DNA from: Felis catus
Taxonomy: Eukaryota
Assembly (NCBI RefSeq): GCF_018350175.1
Contig: NC_058383.1
Location: 13,828,001-13,892,000, forward strand
Reading direction: 5' to 3'
Length of the DNA stretch: 64,000 nucleotides
The notes beneath the pieces are model-generated. The model worked only from the letters and a program-made list of their open reading frames with translations. It made no database searches and was not told where the DNA came from. A program made the position numbers and the translations under genes. This document shows positions 49,654 to 60,549 of the stretch, piece by piece. Each line of letters opens with the position of its first letter. Within the stretch, counting starts at the first letter, position 1.

Positions 49654-50419
49654 CAAGCATATTCCTAAAGAGGCTTTACTTACCTTCGATTATTAAGATA
49701 TTCCTCCTTTAACATGATGTGTTTTGGATTGCCCTGCTTTTGTTTTGTTATAGGAAAAAAAACCCCAAAACTATTAGAATCTTTTATGATTCAAAATAGA
49801 ACATTAGTTTTATTATATATCAAAAATGGATGCTTAAACTTCATAATAGCTTCCAATTATTTTACATTTGCTTGTGTTATATACTATTATTTTATTGCAG
49901 TATAATGTTCAATTATGGAAATGACTCCAAAGAGACATGATTTTTCTGGCTTCATGTGTAATTGTTTATTGAGTATTTTTCTCATTAGAGCGGTTTTTTT
50001 CTTTTTGAATTGCAGATATAAAGAAACTTACTTAGACTTTGTAAATTGATTATTATGTGGCTACAGAAATCAAATATTTGCCAAAGTACTCACTATATAT
50101 GGAAGGCATTGTGTTTGGGATTGAAATGAAGGCACAGATTTTAAGCGGTCCCTCCTCCTCTCTGAAACTAGTCACATGTACTAAAACACCAGTAGAGTAT
50201 CTAGTAAATGCCTAGTAAGTTCCCTGGGCGTTTAGTCTCTAGAAGTTCTTCAGAGGGTTGGGGGGGGGGGCCAAGGGCTCTGGTGCCTGGAGAAGGTTTA
50301 GCAAGGTCGTTTGACTAAAACAGGGCTTCGAAAGGCAGAATTCAGAAGCACCTGTATGTGTGTAGAGGGGACAGAGCGGGAGACCGAAATCCTGGGTGGT
50401 TATCCGGAACAGAGCGAGA

Positions 50420-50560
50420 GTGCAACAGAGGGCCATGGAGAGGAGCTGGGGCTTTAGTCTACGTATGGGGAGAAGCCACTGGAGAGTTTCAAACCGGATT
50501 GACATGACCGCATGGTCTGGTTTATATCTCAAAGGCTCACTCAGGCTGCTGGGGAGCAGC
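50420..50560. mobile_element. L2 fragment
   Basis: agggccatggagaggagctggggctttagtct...gaagccactggagagtttcaa...ggctcactcaggctgc is L2-like. Confidence 0.65.
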
Positions 50561-51839
50561 AGATTCTGTAACCATTGGTTCATTTGTGTTAAATGGCATC
50601 AGAAGCAATAATTCACACCTGAGCCATTGATTAATGTTAAGGGGGGACTGCAAATAGATAAGTGCTACGACTCTGAGCTTTGATGGTGGGTACGGGGGGA
50701 GCCAGAGTGGAAGTAGGCAGGGATAGACTTGATTTTAGTCACATCGAGCCAGGGATGATGGTGGGACGGTCAGGTGCACGCGGTCTTTGGGAATTTGGAA
50801 AAGAAACAAAACGGGTGCCGTATTTTGCCTTTTGCTATTCCGGTTTGAAGACGTTTCTGAAGATAAAGTTCAGGTAAATTGCAGGAGGGTGGAAGCCATT
50901 GCGACAGCCCAAGTTGCAAGCTTCCACTTGGGACATTTGCCTTCCGGGATTATAGTTGGACGTGGGAGGCAGCACTACGGTTTTGGCCACTGACTCCAGT
51001 TCCCGAGGACAGTTATTACAACTTCCCACGGTTTACTTCTGGAGAGTGATTGTAGCATTTCAGATTTGAGAGGCAAGTCAAGCAGACAGGTAGTTTCAGA
51101 GTCCACGGTGCTAGCCATTCCCCTGTGGAGCCCCACGGATAGGTAGTTTCTAAAAGGCCGATGGCCTTGTCCTCCTCACTGCCTTCCTGGACTGCCTTAT
51201 CGACCCGGCGCTTCAAATTTTATATCTGAACATGTTTCCTCTTTCTAGGATAAATTGAGGATGATGAATTACATGGATGGTTTATAGAAAATCACTTTAA
51301 GGATTGGTAGATATGTTCCCTAAAAAAGATAAAATATTTCAAATATAGGGAACAGAGCAACACCCCCCCCCTCCCATACACCCCCACACAAACACACACC
51401 CCAGTTTTAAAAACCTCTTTCAGCTTCACAAAAGTCATGGCGGGGAATAAACAGATTTTCTCCTTCTGCTCCTTAAGAAAAAACTCTTTGGTGTAGAGAT
51501 CCTTAGTTTATAACTTAAGATGTGGCGTATGTCAAAATCCGTACAAATCAAGTGGATAGTGTTTGTTAACCTACAGGTGAAATGTTTGAGAAGACTGAGT
51601 TCTGGAACGGGAGAAAGCAAAGTACACAAATGATTCTGTTCTTCCCAGGGGCACGCTACCAGCGGCTTGTTAGGGAACTCATGGGATCTCAGAAGTCATG
51701 TAGTCCAGTCTCCGTTCCACAACTAACTCCTCAGAGTTTTTGTCATGGTCATTCTTGACATGAGTGTTCCCTTGCCATGCCCAGCGAAGAGCCAATTAGA
51801 ACATTAGCTTGTTCCCCTATGGCAGCCAAGGCCATCACA

Positions 51840-51965
51840 GGTGGAAAGTTTGCTCTGCAATACACATCCTTTGGTCTTAGCTCTGCCCGTGACGTCATTC
51901 GCAGAAGGTCTGCTTCCTCTTCCATGAGACAGTCATCAAGGCCTTGAAGGTGGCTCACGGCCGTG
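51840..51965 (-). mobile_element. L3/CR1 relic
   Basis: Minus strand ccttcaaggccttgatgactgtctcatggaagaggaagcagaccttc...gggcagagctaagaccaaagg parallels L3 and the 44090-44500 relic. Confidence 0.55.
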
Positions 51966-54403
51966 CTTACAGACAAGACTCTGTAACTCCCTGTTCTACG
52001 TGGTGAATGTGCATGGAGCCAGGATGGGAAATAATCACCACGAATAAGAGCTCGCTGTTGTTGAATTCACAAGAGCTTTCACGACTATGTCCGGTACCAG
52101 AGGCAGCTTCTAATCGTCTCCCACCACCCCGCCCCTCCAGCAGCCTACATGCTGGTAGAGAACCCACCCGGGAAGGAATGGAAGAAGTAATTTCCAACAG
52201 TGGCCTTTGGGAGGGGGAGACACTGAAGGACTGGTGACCTTGTGGATGGCATCCCTCGGCAACGGTGCCGGCTGAGGCTTTCCCAGTAGTCTGTGGAACA
52301 GTGCTTTGCAAACTTGAACTTGCGTATGGACGGAGGCTGCAAATTGAACTCCATGACAAGATCTAGGTGATGCTAGCGTTGCTGATCTGGGGGCCACACT
52401 TGGAATAGCGAGGTTGTAGAACACCCTGGAATCATAGTATGAGGGGGTGGATGGTTTGGGACCAGAAAGTCAAAAGTGCCTTAGAGAAACTGTCAAGAGT
52501 CCTCTCTTCCCTGATCTCTCTCCTTTAAACAATCGCAGGCTCTATGATATCAGGCACAAACAAGCAACTCGCACAGATTCATTCTAGAGGCATCTGTGGT
52601 GCTCACCCATAAGCTAGTCAGACAGATTGCCGGCGTTTGGCAACACCCAGGTCCCATGGGCCACAGCAGGTTGTTTGAACAGACTTGGGGAGATTCGTCA
52701 TCTGTCCTCAGGAGTACGGGCGGGCATGTCTGAAAGCTGACGGAACTTTCCTTGCCAAATGAATGCACGCTATTTCCCAAGGCAAAACCCACTTCTTGTA
52801 GTGACCTGCTGAGAACAGGATGGGAGTGGCTCTTGGAGTTTTCCCACAGTGCACTGCAGAAACATTGGTTTTAGGATATTTGATGATGCTTTGAAGGAAG
52901 AGCCTCCTCCTCTGCTACTCACCGAGTGACAGCAGCGTGAACTTGGTAGAGACCTGAGGGCCCTGATCGTGCCCGTGGGAATGAACCTCCCCCTCTTCCT
53001 CTGCAGCTCTCAGGGCACAGCTTGGGCCAGAGTGGTCCACCCGCCTTGCATCTGTGATCCCCTCCTCCCTTCTCTCCAGAACAGAAAAACTTCCTCGCCA
53101 CTATGAGGAATCACAAAGGTTCGCATCACTCCTGCATACTAGGGTAACCTGAGACCTTCTCTTGGATCCCTGGACCCTGGGGAGAAGGTGGTTTTGAGGG
53201 AAAAGAAGTAGACGGAGGGATGTTGGATGATGCAGGTGACACTCGCGTTCTAGAAGGATGAAGTGTGCATTGTAGTTGCAGACTCTGAAGCAGTGAGAGA
53301 ATAAGCCAGTGTTGACTGTAACTTACGTCATCCCTGCGTTGCGGAAGGTTAAGAAGAAACGGGGCCGGGGAGTTTTTGTATGTAGGGCCAGGGAGCTGAG
53401 AAAAGCCTAGGATAGACTCAACTCACGGGAGGGAAATTCTAACTTCCCGTCCTCATACCCCCCACCCCAGCCTCTTTACTCAGGGTCCCAGTGATTGTCT
53501 AATCTGTGCCTGAAGTCAGGTAAAACGGGTCACAGTGTGCAAAGCAAGAAGTTAGAGTGATTGATAAAATTTCAGTACATCTTTGGTACTGGTGGCTTTT
53601 TACCTTTGTCCTTGAGAAAATCATCTTTGGTAGAATTCAGAGTGTTGAAAATAAGGTTTAAACCCTACAAGCCAACCTCTGCCAACCTTGACGGGCACAC
53701 CGACCTCGTAGAGCGTGAATGTTACTGGCCACATGTCTCATTCCCTGGCCCCATATCATGAACGTGTTAATACCACAGACATGTACAGATCCAAGAAAGG
53801 TTGCTTATTCCAGTAAAAGACCAAATGCCAAGGGCGCGATACACCAAAGCCTCAGAAGGTGACCAGGATCAGATTAGCCTCACGATTATTGCCCCTTCTG
53901 ACTGTGGACAGGAAACCCTCAGGCGAAGACGTTAGAAGTTAGCAGCAAGCCACAGTACAAGAGGAAGGTGTCACGTCTGCAAACAGATCTGTAAGCTTGA
54001 CAGCTTTGGAGTCCTCGCTTTCCTTAGCAATGAAAATGTTGGAGGGAGGGCTGTCTTGCCACACTCTTTGCTTCTCCCTCACAGCCTCACTTGATTGTTC
54101 TGCGTGTGAAAGATAGGATGATTAGGTACCAGGAAGACTGTTTCTCAAACCAAACACCTGAAGTTGTAATTCGTTTTCAGTGCTTTGGTCCCACCTCCTG
54201 GAGAACTTCCAAAATAAGCAAATGGGCTCCTTGTTGTCCTCCAGTATAAGGAATGTGTGCGGTGGCTTTTGTTAGGGTGAGAGCCTTGTTCCTTAGATTT
54301 GCTGTTTATGGAGAGCAGGCAGGCTGTGTTGCATGAATACAGACTTGGGGTTGAAAGTCCTTTTAGAACTTTCCCTTGTTAGAACCCAGAAGTATCTTGT
54401 TAG

Positions 54404-54495
54404 GTTTTTCTTTTTCTTTTTCTTTTTTTGCTTTTTTTAAAAAACATTTAATCTTATTTTATTTTTATTTTTATTGAAGTTTATTAATTTCTTTT

Positions 54496-54528
<33 letters not shown>

Positions 54529-54708
54529 TGAGAATGTGTTTGCGTGACCTGGGGAAGGGTAGAGAGACAAGTAGAGAGAAAATCCCAAGCAGGCTCTGCG
54601 CTGTTCAGTGTGGAGCCCAAGATGGGGCTCGAACCCACGAACCGCGAGATCACAACCCGAAATGGAATTACGAGTCGGATGCTCAACCGACTGAGCCACC
54701 CAGGCACC
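54404..54708 (-). mobile_element. CanSINE, older subfamily
   Basis: T-rich tail, (GA)n, aatcccaagcaggctctgcgctg body, ending gagccacccaggcacc. Confidence 0.93.
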
Positions 54709-54859
54709 AGAGTGGGCACTGGTTTTAAAGGTGGCTGTGCCTGTGTGTGTGAACACGCCCAGTGTCGTGCGGGGCACCCGGTCCACAGCCAGACAGGGCT
54801 GATGAGGACAGGCCAGGCGACTGAGACCCAGCCGCTGGAGGGCAGAGGCAGAGAGGCAC

Positions 54860-55060
54860 GGGGGATGGAAAGCAAGCAGGAGGTGATCTTGTCCAGGTGA
54901 TGAATATGGAGGCCGGCTGGAGGACCCAAGGAAGAATAATGGGGATCTGTCTTTGAGGCCAAAGCGCAAAAGCCTGGGCTTTCTCTGAAACTAGTACTTG
55001 GAGTTTTTCCAGGGTGCTGACGTGATTGGAGATTTTATCCTTCGATACCTTGACTCTCCC
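54860..55060. mobile_element. L2 fragment
   Basis: gcaagcaggaggtgatcttgtccaggtga and cctgggctttctctgaa...gacgtgattggagattt motifs. Confidence 0.45.
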
Positions 55061-55185
55061 ATCAGGCCTGCACATGGCGTCCGTTCAGTTGCTTTGGGCC
55101 CAAGACTGATCCTTGGGGCCCATACAGCGGGATAAAGTGCCCTACCATCAATAACTCCAAATCGATAAGATATATAGAGATCCAC

Positions 55186-55412
55186 GGGGCGCCTGGGTGG
55201 CGCAGTCGGTTAAGCGTCCGACTTCAACCAGGTCACGATCTCGCGGTCCGTGAGTTCGAGCCCCGCATCAGGCTCTGGGCTGATGGCTCGGAGCCTGGAG
55301 CCTGTTTCCGATTCTGTGTCTCCCTCTCTCTCTGCCCCTCGCCTGTTCATGCTCTGTCTCTCTCTGTCCCAAAAATAAATAAACATTGAAAAAAAAAATT
55401 AAAAAAAAAAAA
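55186..55412 (+). mobile_element. Young felid CanSINE
   Basis: Perfect 16-bp TSD aagatatatagagatc (55167-55182, 55413-55428). Confidence 0.97.
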
Positions 55413-55529
55413 AAGATATATAGAGATCTTCATTAGCTCTGATTAGCTAAGCTTATCTCTGAACCTCACAGATAACGGACACTGACCTAGAAGGCCGAAG
55501 GTTTCCTGCCACTTCCATACTTTTCCCTC

Positions 55530-55655
55530 GGTACCTGTTCTACGCCAGCTCCTGGGAGTCTGGGGACGTCTCTCGTTCGTCTTTGTAGCCTCGGGGCCGA
55601 GCACAGGGCTGGGCACACGAAGTGACACTAGTCTTTTCTTTGTATGAAGTGAGAA
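55530..55655. mobile_element. L2 3' end fragment
   Basis: agctcctgggagtctggggac...tctttgtagcctcggggccgagcacagggctgggcacac pattern. Confidence 0.5.
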
Positions 55656-56692
55656 AAGCCAATTATATATATGACATTGACACTCTAGGGCTTTTTCAAG
55701 ACTTTTTGATGCCCCCATCTCTACCCCCGATAGGTCACAGTCTACTTTTCTCCTCCTTTTGGAGGAAACAGTTCGCCTTTGCTCCGATTGGCTAAGAGAC
55801 TGCAAAAGAAACACAGTGCAAGCCCAGGTTGACCTTCAAGGCCACATCATTCTGTAGGCGGAAGCCATCCTAGTGGGCTGCAGTCTGCACATTCAAGGCT
55901 GAAGGCAGATTTTTGGCCTTAAGGCATCAGAAAGAAAGAAACATGGGCGTACGCTTAAGGGTGGATGCTTTTCGTGGTGCGAGGCTTACGAGGAATAAAC
56001 TTGAAATAGGTTTGAGTACATTGACCTGTAGTCTGTCGATTTTTCTTCAATGCCTGTCGTAGGTTAATCTTGGAACCAAGGTGATAGCCAAAGTAGCTTG
56101 TCTGATAATGTCAGCCTCTAACCTGCTGGTCCCCACACAACTTTCCCAGTAGGCTTGCTGGTGTTTTGGCAGATACAACGGCTATTTTTTCCTGGTTAGG
56201 ATTTTGCTTTTACTAGGAGCCCTGGAGGCCCTCGGAGGTTTGCGATACAGACTTCAGCCCACAGCTTAGCCTCCCAGATGGTAATTAATGTTTACACAAA
56301 ATGACAAGCACAAAATGGAATCTCTCTGAGCCCTGCCAAGCACCCACCATTCCCCTGATCTCCCACTCTTGCAGTGTTTGAAAATTAATTTGCCTTGAAC
56401 AAACAGTGGGTTTTCCTCAATTTATTTGTACAGTTTCAGTGACCGAGCAGAAGAGCTGCGAGGCTGAATGTCATCCTTCCGTTCGTTCGAGTAATTGAAT
56501 CTGCTAATGGAACAAACTGGTCTCTGTTTAATGATTTGAAGAAAAGACGGAGAGGAGGAAAATAAAGAAAGGTGTATGTTGGAGGAGGTAGACCTTTTCT
56601 GCAGAACACCGTTGCAATGCAGAGCTCTGGGGACAGAATCCAAAACTTGGGGAGAGTTCAGAGTATTGCTGAATTAATTCAGTAGTGCAAAA

Positions 56693-56965
56693 TTTGTTTT
56701 TATTTTACTTTATTTTATTTTATTTTATTTTACTTTATTTTACTTTATTTTATTTTATTTTATTTTATTTTATTTTATTTTATTTTATGTATACCATTCA
56801 TTGTCAAGTTAGCTAACAAACCGTGTATACAGTGTGCTCTTGGTTGGGGGGGTAGATTCCCGTGACGCATCGCTCACATACAACACCCAGTGCTCATTCC
56901 AACAAGTGCTCTCCTCAATGCCTGTCACCCGTTCTCCCCTTCCCCCGCCCGCCCCATCAACCCTC
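56693..56965 (-). mobile_element. Carnivore/felid L1 3' end with (TAAAA)n patterned tail
   Basis: (tttta)n followed by attgtcaagttagctaaca...catacaacacccagtgctcattccaacaagtgctctcctcaatg...catcaaccctc. Confidence 0.85.
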
Positions 56966-57871
56966 TTGTTGTAATAAGTATATACAAAATACGCAGTCTT
57001 TGCTAAAAGGAGATTTTGTTTGAGGTAAAAGAATAGACAAGAAGGTGTTCAAGGAATGGATATGGCTACTAACTTTAAATAATTCAGTGTTGAATTCACA
57101 GAAATAGGACGCTTCCGTATGTTTCTGGGCTTTCTAATGTTGAACATTTTCAGCATTTATTAATGTTTCCACTCTGCCTTAATTTAAAGTCTGGGTCCTT
57201 CCCCCACCATACCTTATTTGGATGCAGTCTTCACTCCGTTTGTGTGGTGAGGTCTTGGTGGCTCTGTCATTTGGACAAATAAATAGAGCTGTTAACTAGA
57301 AGGCTCTATGTAATGTATGTAAAGCCGTTAACTAGAAGACTCTATGTAATGTAAAAATAGGACACACCTGTATCTAAGTGCTGTGGGTCAGACATTTGAA
57401 AAGATGGATGGACACATTGCCTAATGGCCAGTGCCCCACGTAGTTTCCTTGTTGTCTTTAAGGCTTGTGCATATTTGCTGCAGTAATGACCTTGTCATGA
57501 GCACACCATAATAGGGCTCTCTAATCGAGTGTAAAGACATGGGAAGACTAGAAGCACAGAAATGTGCCTTAGGGGAATTCTTCCCACTTCTCTTCTTCCT
57601 CCTTAACCATCAACATCCCCCAGTTCCTTTCTGTCCAAATGCACCCAGTTAGAACCAGTTGGAAATGTTGCAGAGGAGATGGAAGGCCATATCCTATCCC
57701 CATTTCTGAAAGGCAAATATTTATCTGTCCTCCGGGTGAAGAGCTTTTTTAAAAAAATTCTGTCTAGTGGGTAAAGCAGTTTGACTAGAATAAAGTCACT
57801 TTCTGAATTGACTTCTTCGATGGTGCGGTTAGATTGTCCGTGAAGGGACTCATTTAAAAACACACAGTTCA

Positions 57872-58057
57872 GGGGCACCTAGGTGGCTCAGTCGGTTAAG
57901 CGTCTGACTTCAGCTCAGGTCAGGATCTCACGGTTTGTGGGACACTAACCCCGTGTCAGGCTCTGTGCTGACAGCTCAGAGGCTGGAGCCTGCTTCAGTT
58001 TCTGTGCCCCCTCTCTCTCTGCCCCTCCTCCGATCTCAGATCATGTTCTGTGTCTCC

Positions 58058-58114
<57 letters not shown>

Positions 58115-58136
58115 GCAAAAATGAATAAATGTTAAA
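57872..58136 (+). mobile_element. CanSINE (SINEC)
   Basis: Head, (CT)n and tail. TSD aaaaacacacagtt / aaaaatacatagtt. Confidence 0.95.
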
Positions 58137-58145
58137 AAAAATACA

Positions 58146-58484
58146 TAGTTGACCCTTGAACCACCTGGGGCCCTGGCACCCCCTCCTACACAGTCAAAAA
58201 TGCACTGTTAACCTTTACCTACCCAAACACTTTACTAACAGCCTACTGTTGACCAGAAGCCTCACCAGTAGCATAAACTGTTGTTTGACACATATTTTGT
58301 ATATGTATTATATACACTGTCTTCTTACACTAAAGTAAGCCCAGAGAAAAGAAAATATTAAGCAGATTATAAGGAAGGGAAAATACATTCATGGTATTGT
58401 ACTGTATCTATATTAAAAAAAAAAAAAAGTCTACATGTACGTGGGCCTGCGCAGTTCAAACCTATCCTGTTCAGGGGTCAGCTG
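58146..58484. mobile_element. Tigger2-derived non-autonomous element (MITE) with terminal inverted repeats
   Basis: Left tagttgacccttgaac and right gttcaggggtcagctg followed by TA. These match Tigger2 TIRs (CAGTTGACCCTTGAAC). Confidence 0.8.
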
Positions 58485-58567
58485 TAATGCCTTTTTTTTT
58501 TTTTCTTTTACAATAATAGTCCATATTTACTATAGAAAGCTTGTTTTGCAAAGTTAAAAAAAAAAAA

Positions 58568-58776
58568 ATTTTTTTTTTTTTTTTTTTTTTTGGGACAGAG
58601 AGAGACAGAGCATGAACGGGGGAGGGGCAGAAAGAGAGGGGGACACAGAATCGGAAACAGGCTCCAGGCTCTGAGCCATCAGCCCAGAGCCCGACGCGGG
58701 GCTCGAACCCACGGACCGCGAGATCGTGACCTGGCTGAAGTCGGACGCTCCACCGACTGCGCCACCCAGGTGCCCC
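58568..58776 (-). mobile_element. Young felid CanSINE with pure poly(A) tail
   Basis: A pure T run joins directly to gggacagag, without the usual tttatttat. The target is A-rich. Confidence 0.96.
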
Positions 58777-59204
58777 AAAAAGAAAATTTTTAAAATGAAA
58801 AGCTGTGGTTGTTTCTGAATGATGGGATTACGATGAACATTTTGATGCATATCTTTCTAATCTTTTTTCTGTGCCTGCGTCTACCCACGGATACAGGTAA
58901 TTTTCATTTTTGAGAGTCCATACTGGTGATAGTGCCCTTCGTTTTACTTGGTAGTAATTTTGTGAAGAAATGTTTTCCATGAAACTATTTTCAGCTGTAG
59001 TTTGGGGAACACTGATCGTTTAGTTTGTGCTCTACCTCATGGAAAGAACTTAATTTTTACAACAACCCTTTGAAGTACTTAACCGTATTTTGCCATAAGT
59101 TATTGGACGTCTGGAAACATAGTAGTTCATCACAGGGGCATAACACAGCAAATCTCAACCCTACCACTCCCAATGCCCTTTTTGTGTAATATAAGAAACA
59201 TTTA

Positions 59205-59421
59205 GGGGCACCTGGGTGGCTCAGTCAGCTAAGCGTCCGACTTTGGCTCAGGTCATGATCTCACGGTTTGTGAGTTCGAGCCCCACGTCGAGCTCTGTGC
59301 TGACAGCTCAGAGCCTGGAGCCTGCTTCCGATTCTGTGTCTCCCTCTCTCTCTGCCCCTCCCCTGCTCACGCTCTGTCTCTCTCTCCTACAAAAATAAAC
59401 AAACATTCAAAAAACAATTAA
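59205..59421 (+). mobile_element. CanSINE (SINEC)
   Basis: Full body. Its tail is interrupted by the next SINE. Confidence 0.96.
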
Positions 59422-59659
59422 GGGGGCACCTGGGTGGCTCAGTCGGTTGAGCGGCCGACTTCGGCTCAGGTCATGATCTCACGGTCCGTGAGTTCGAGCC
59501 CCGCGTCGGGCTCTGTGCTGACAGCTCAGAGCCTGGAGCCTGTTTCGGATTCTGTGTCTCCCTCTCTCTGACCCTCCCCGTTCATGCTCTGTCTCTCTCT
59601 GTCTCAAAAATAAATAAACGTTAAAAAAAAATTAAAAAAAAAAAAAAAAAAAAGAAAGA
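59422..59659 (+). mobile_element. CanSINE inserted into the tail of the previous SINE
   Basis: Perfect 14-bp TSD caaaaaacaattaa (59408-59421, 59660-59673). Confidence 0.96.
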
Positions 59660-60039
59660 CAAAAAACAATTAAAAAACCTAATGTGTTCTTATTTTTCAC
59701 TTTCTGGAACAAAATATATAGTCAAATTCTTATCTATACACATGATTTAAAAATGCACACAAAACCCTAAATGAAAAGTAAAGGAGAAACAAGTAGCAAG
59801 TAACTTATAATAGCGTAACATGATTTTAAGTATGTAAATATTTACATTAGAAGACAACGAAATGGTCAGATGTTTGAATCTGTACGTGGGATGGTATATA
59901 AATACGGCTGCTGCAAAAGCAGATACATACAGGTCCGTGGGTCTTGATAATTCAGATGTCAGGATTAGCCATACCATTGGTGTCGTGATTTACCCAAATG
60001 GCGAACAACTAACTGTGCGTTGTTCGTGACAAGACATGA

Positions 60040-60312
60040 CATCACAGACACGGGGGCGTACAGTGGTTGCATTCCTGGAAAATCCAGTGTATTAACACTA
60101 TACAAAAGTTAGTTTGCGTTCATATGCCAAAACAGAGTTAGGTTCTAGATTCTTCAGCCGTGCAAATGTCCAGTGGGATTTTAGAACATTAACTGAGATG
60201 TGTGTCCTTGTTCTTCTAATGTCCCTAAGAGCCACCAGTGCTGTGACAGCCAATCCCACTCCACAGAGTTTGAGAACTCCACTAGGGGTGGTATCCTCGA
60301 AGGAGAACCATC
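60040..60312. mobile_element. MER20/MER20B-like hAT fragment
   Basis: ttgcattcctggaaaatccagtgta...gagttaggttctag...ccactaggggtggta...gagaacca resembles the recalled consensus. Confidence 0.35.
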
Positions 60313-60330
60313 TCTTACATGGCTTTGACT

Positions 60331-60332
<2 letters not shown>

Positions 60333-60380
<48 letters not shown>

Positions 60381-60477
60381 CTTTCTCTTTCTTCCCCCCC
60401 TCTTTCTACCCCTCCTCTCTCTCTCTCTCTCTCTCTCTTTCTTTTTCTTTCTTTCCCTCTCTCTCTCTCTCTCTCTC
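60333..60477. repeat. Compound (CT)n / polypyrimidine tract
   Basis: About 145 nt, almost purely C/T on the + strand. Confidence 0.95.
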
Positions 60478-60549
60478 ATCATAAAACATAGAAGTTTGAA
60501 CATAGAAGTTAAAGCATTTTGGAGGTACATTTCTGAGACTTCAGGGGCC

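Noticed and set aside
49990..50050. Acceptor-like tttttttctttttgaattgcag at 50015 as exon 3
   Set aside because: No convincing donor lies at a plausible distance (ttt|gtaaat is weak), so it cannot be supported without transcript data.
9324..50270. C/G homopolymers (9324-9337, 29189-29199, 47477-47494, 50260-50270) as functional G4 elements
   Set aside because: They are isolated homopolymers with no supporting context, and their lengths are error-prone in assemblies.
25004..57353. Short direct repeats (25004, 27432, 32935, 57291) as a CRISPR-like or dispersed repeat system
   Set aside because: Each has only two adjacent units, the units are unrelated to one another, there are no spacers of CRISPR size and no cas genes, and the context is mammalian.
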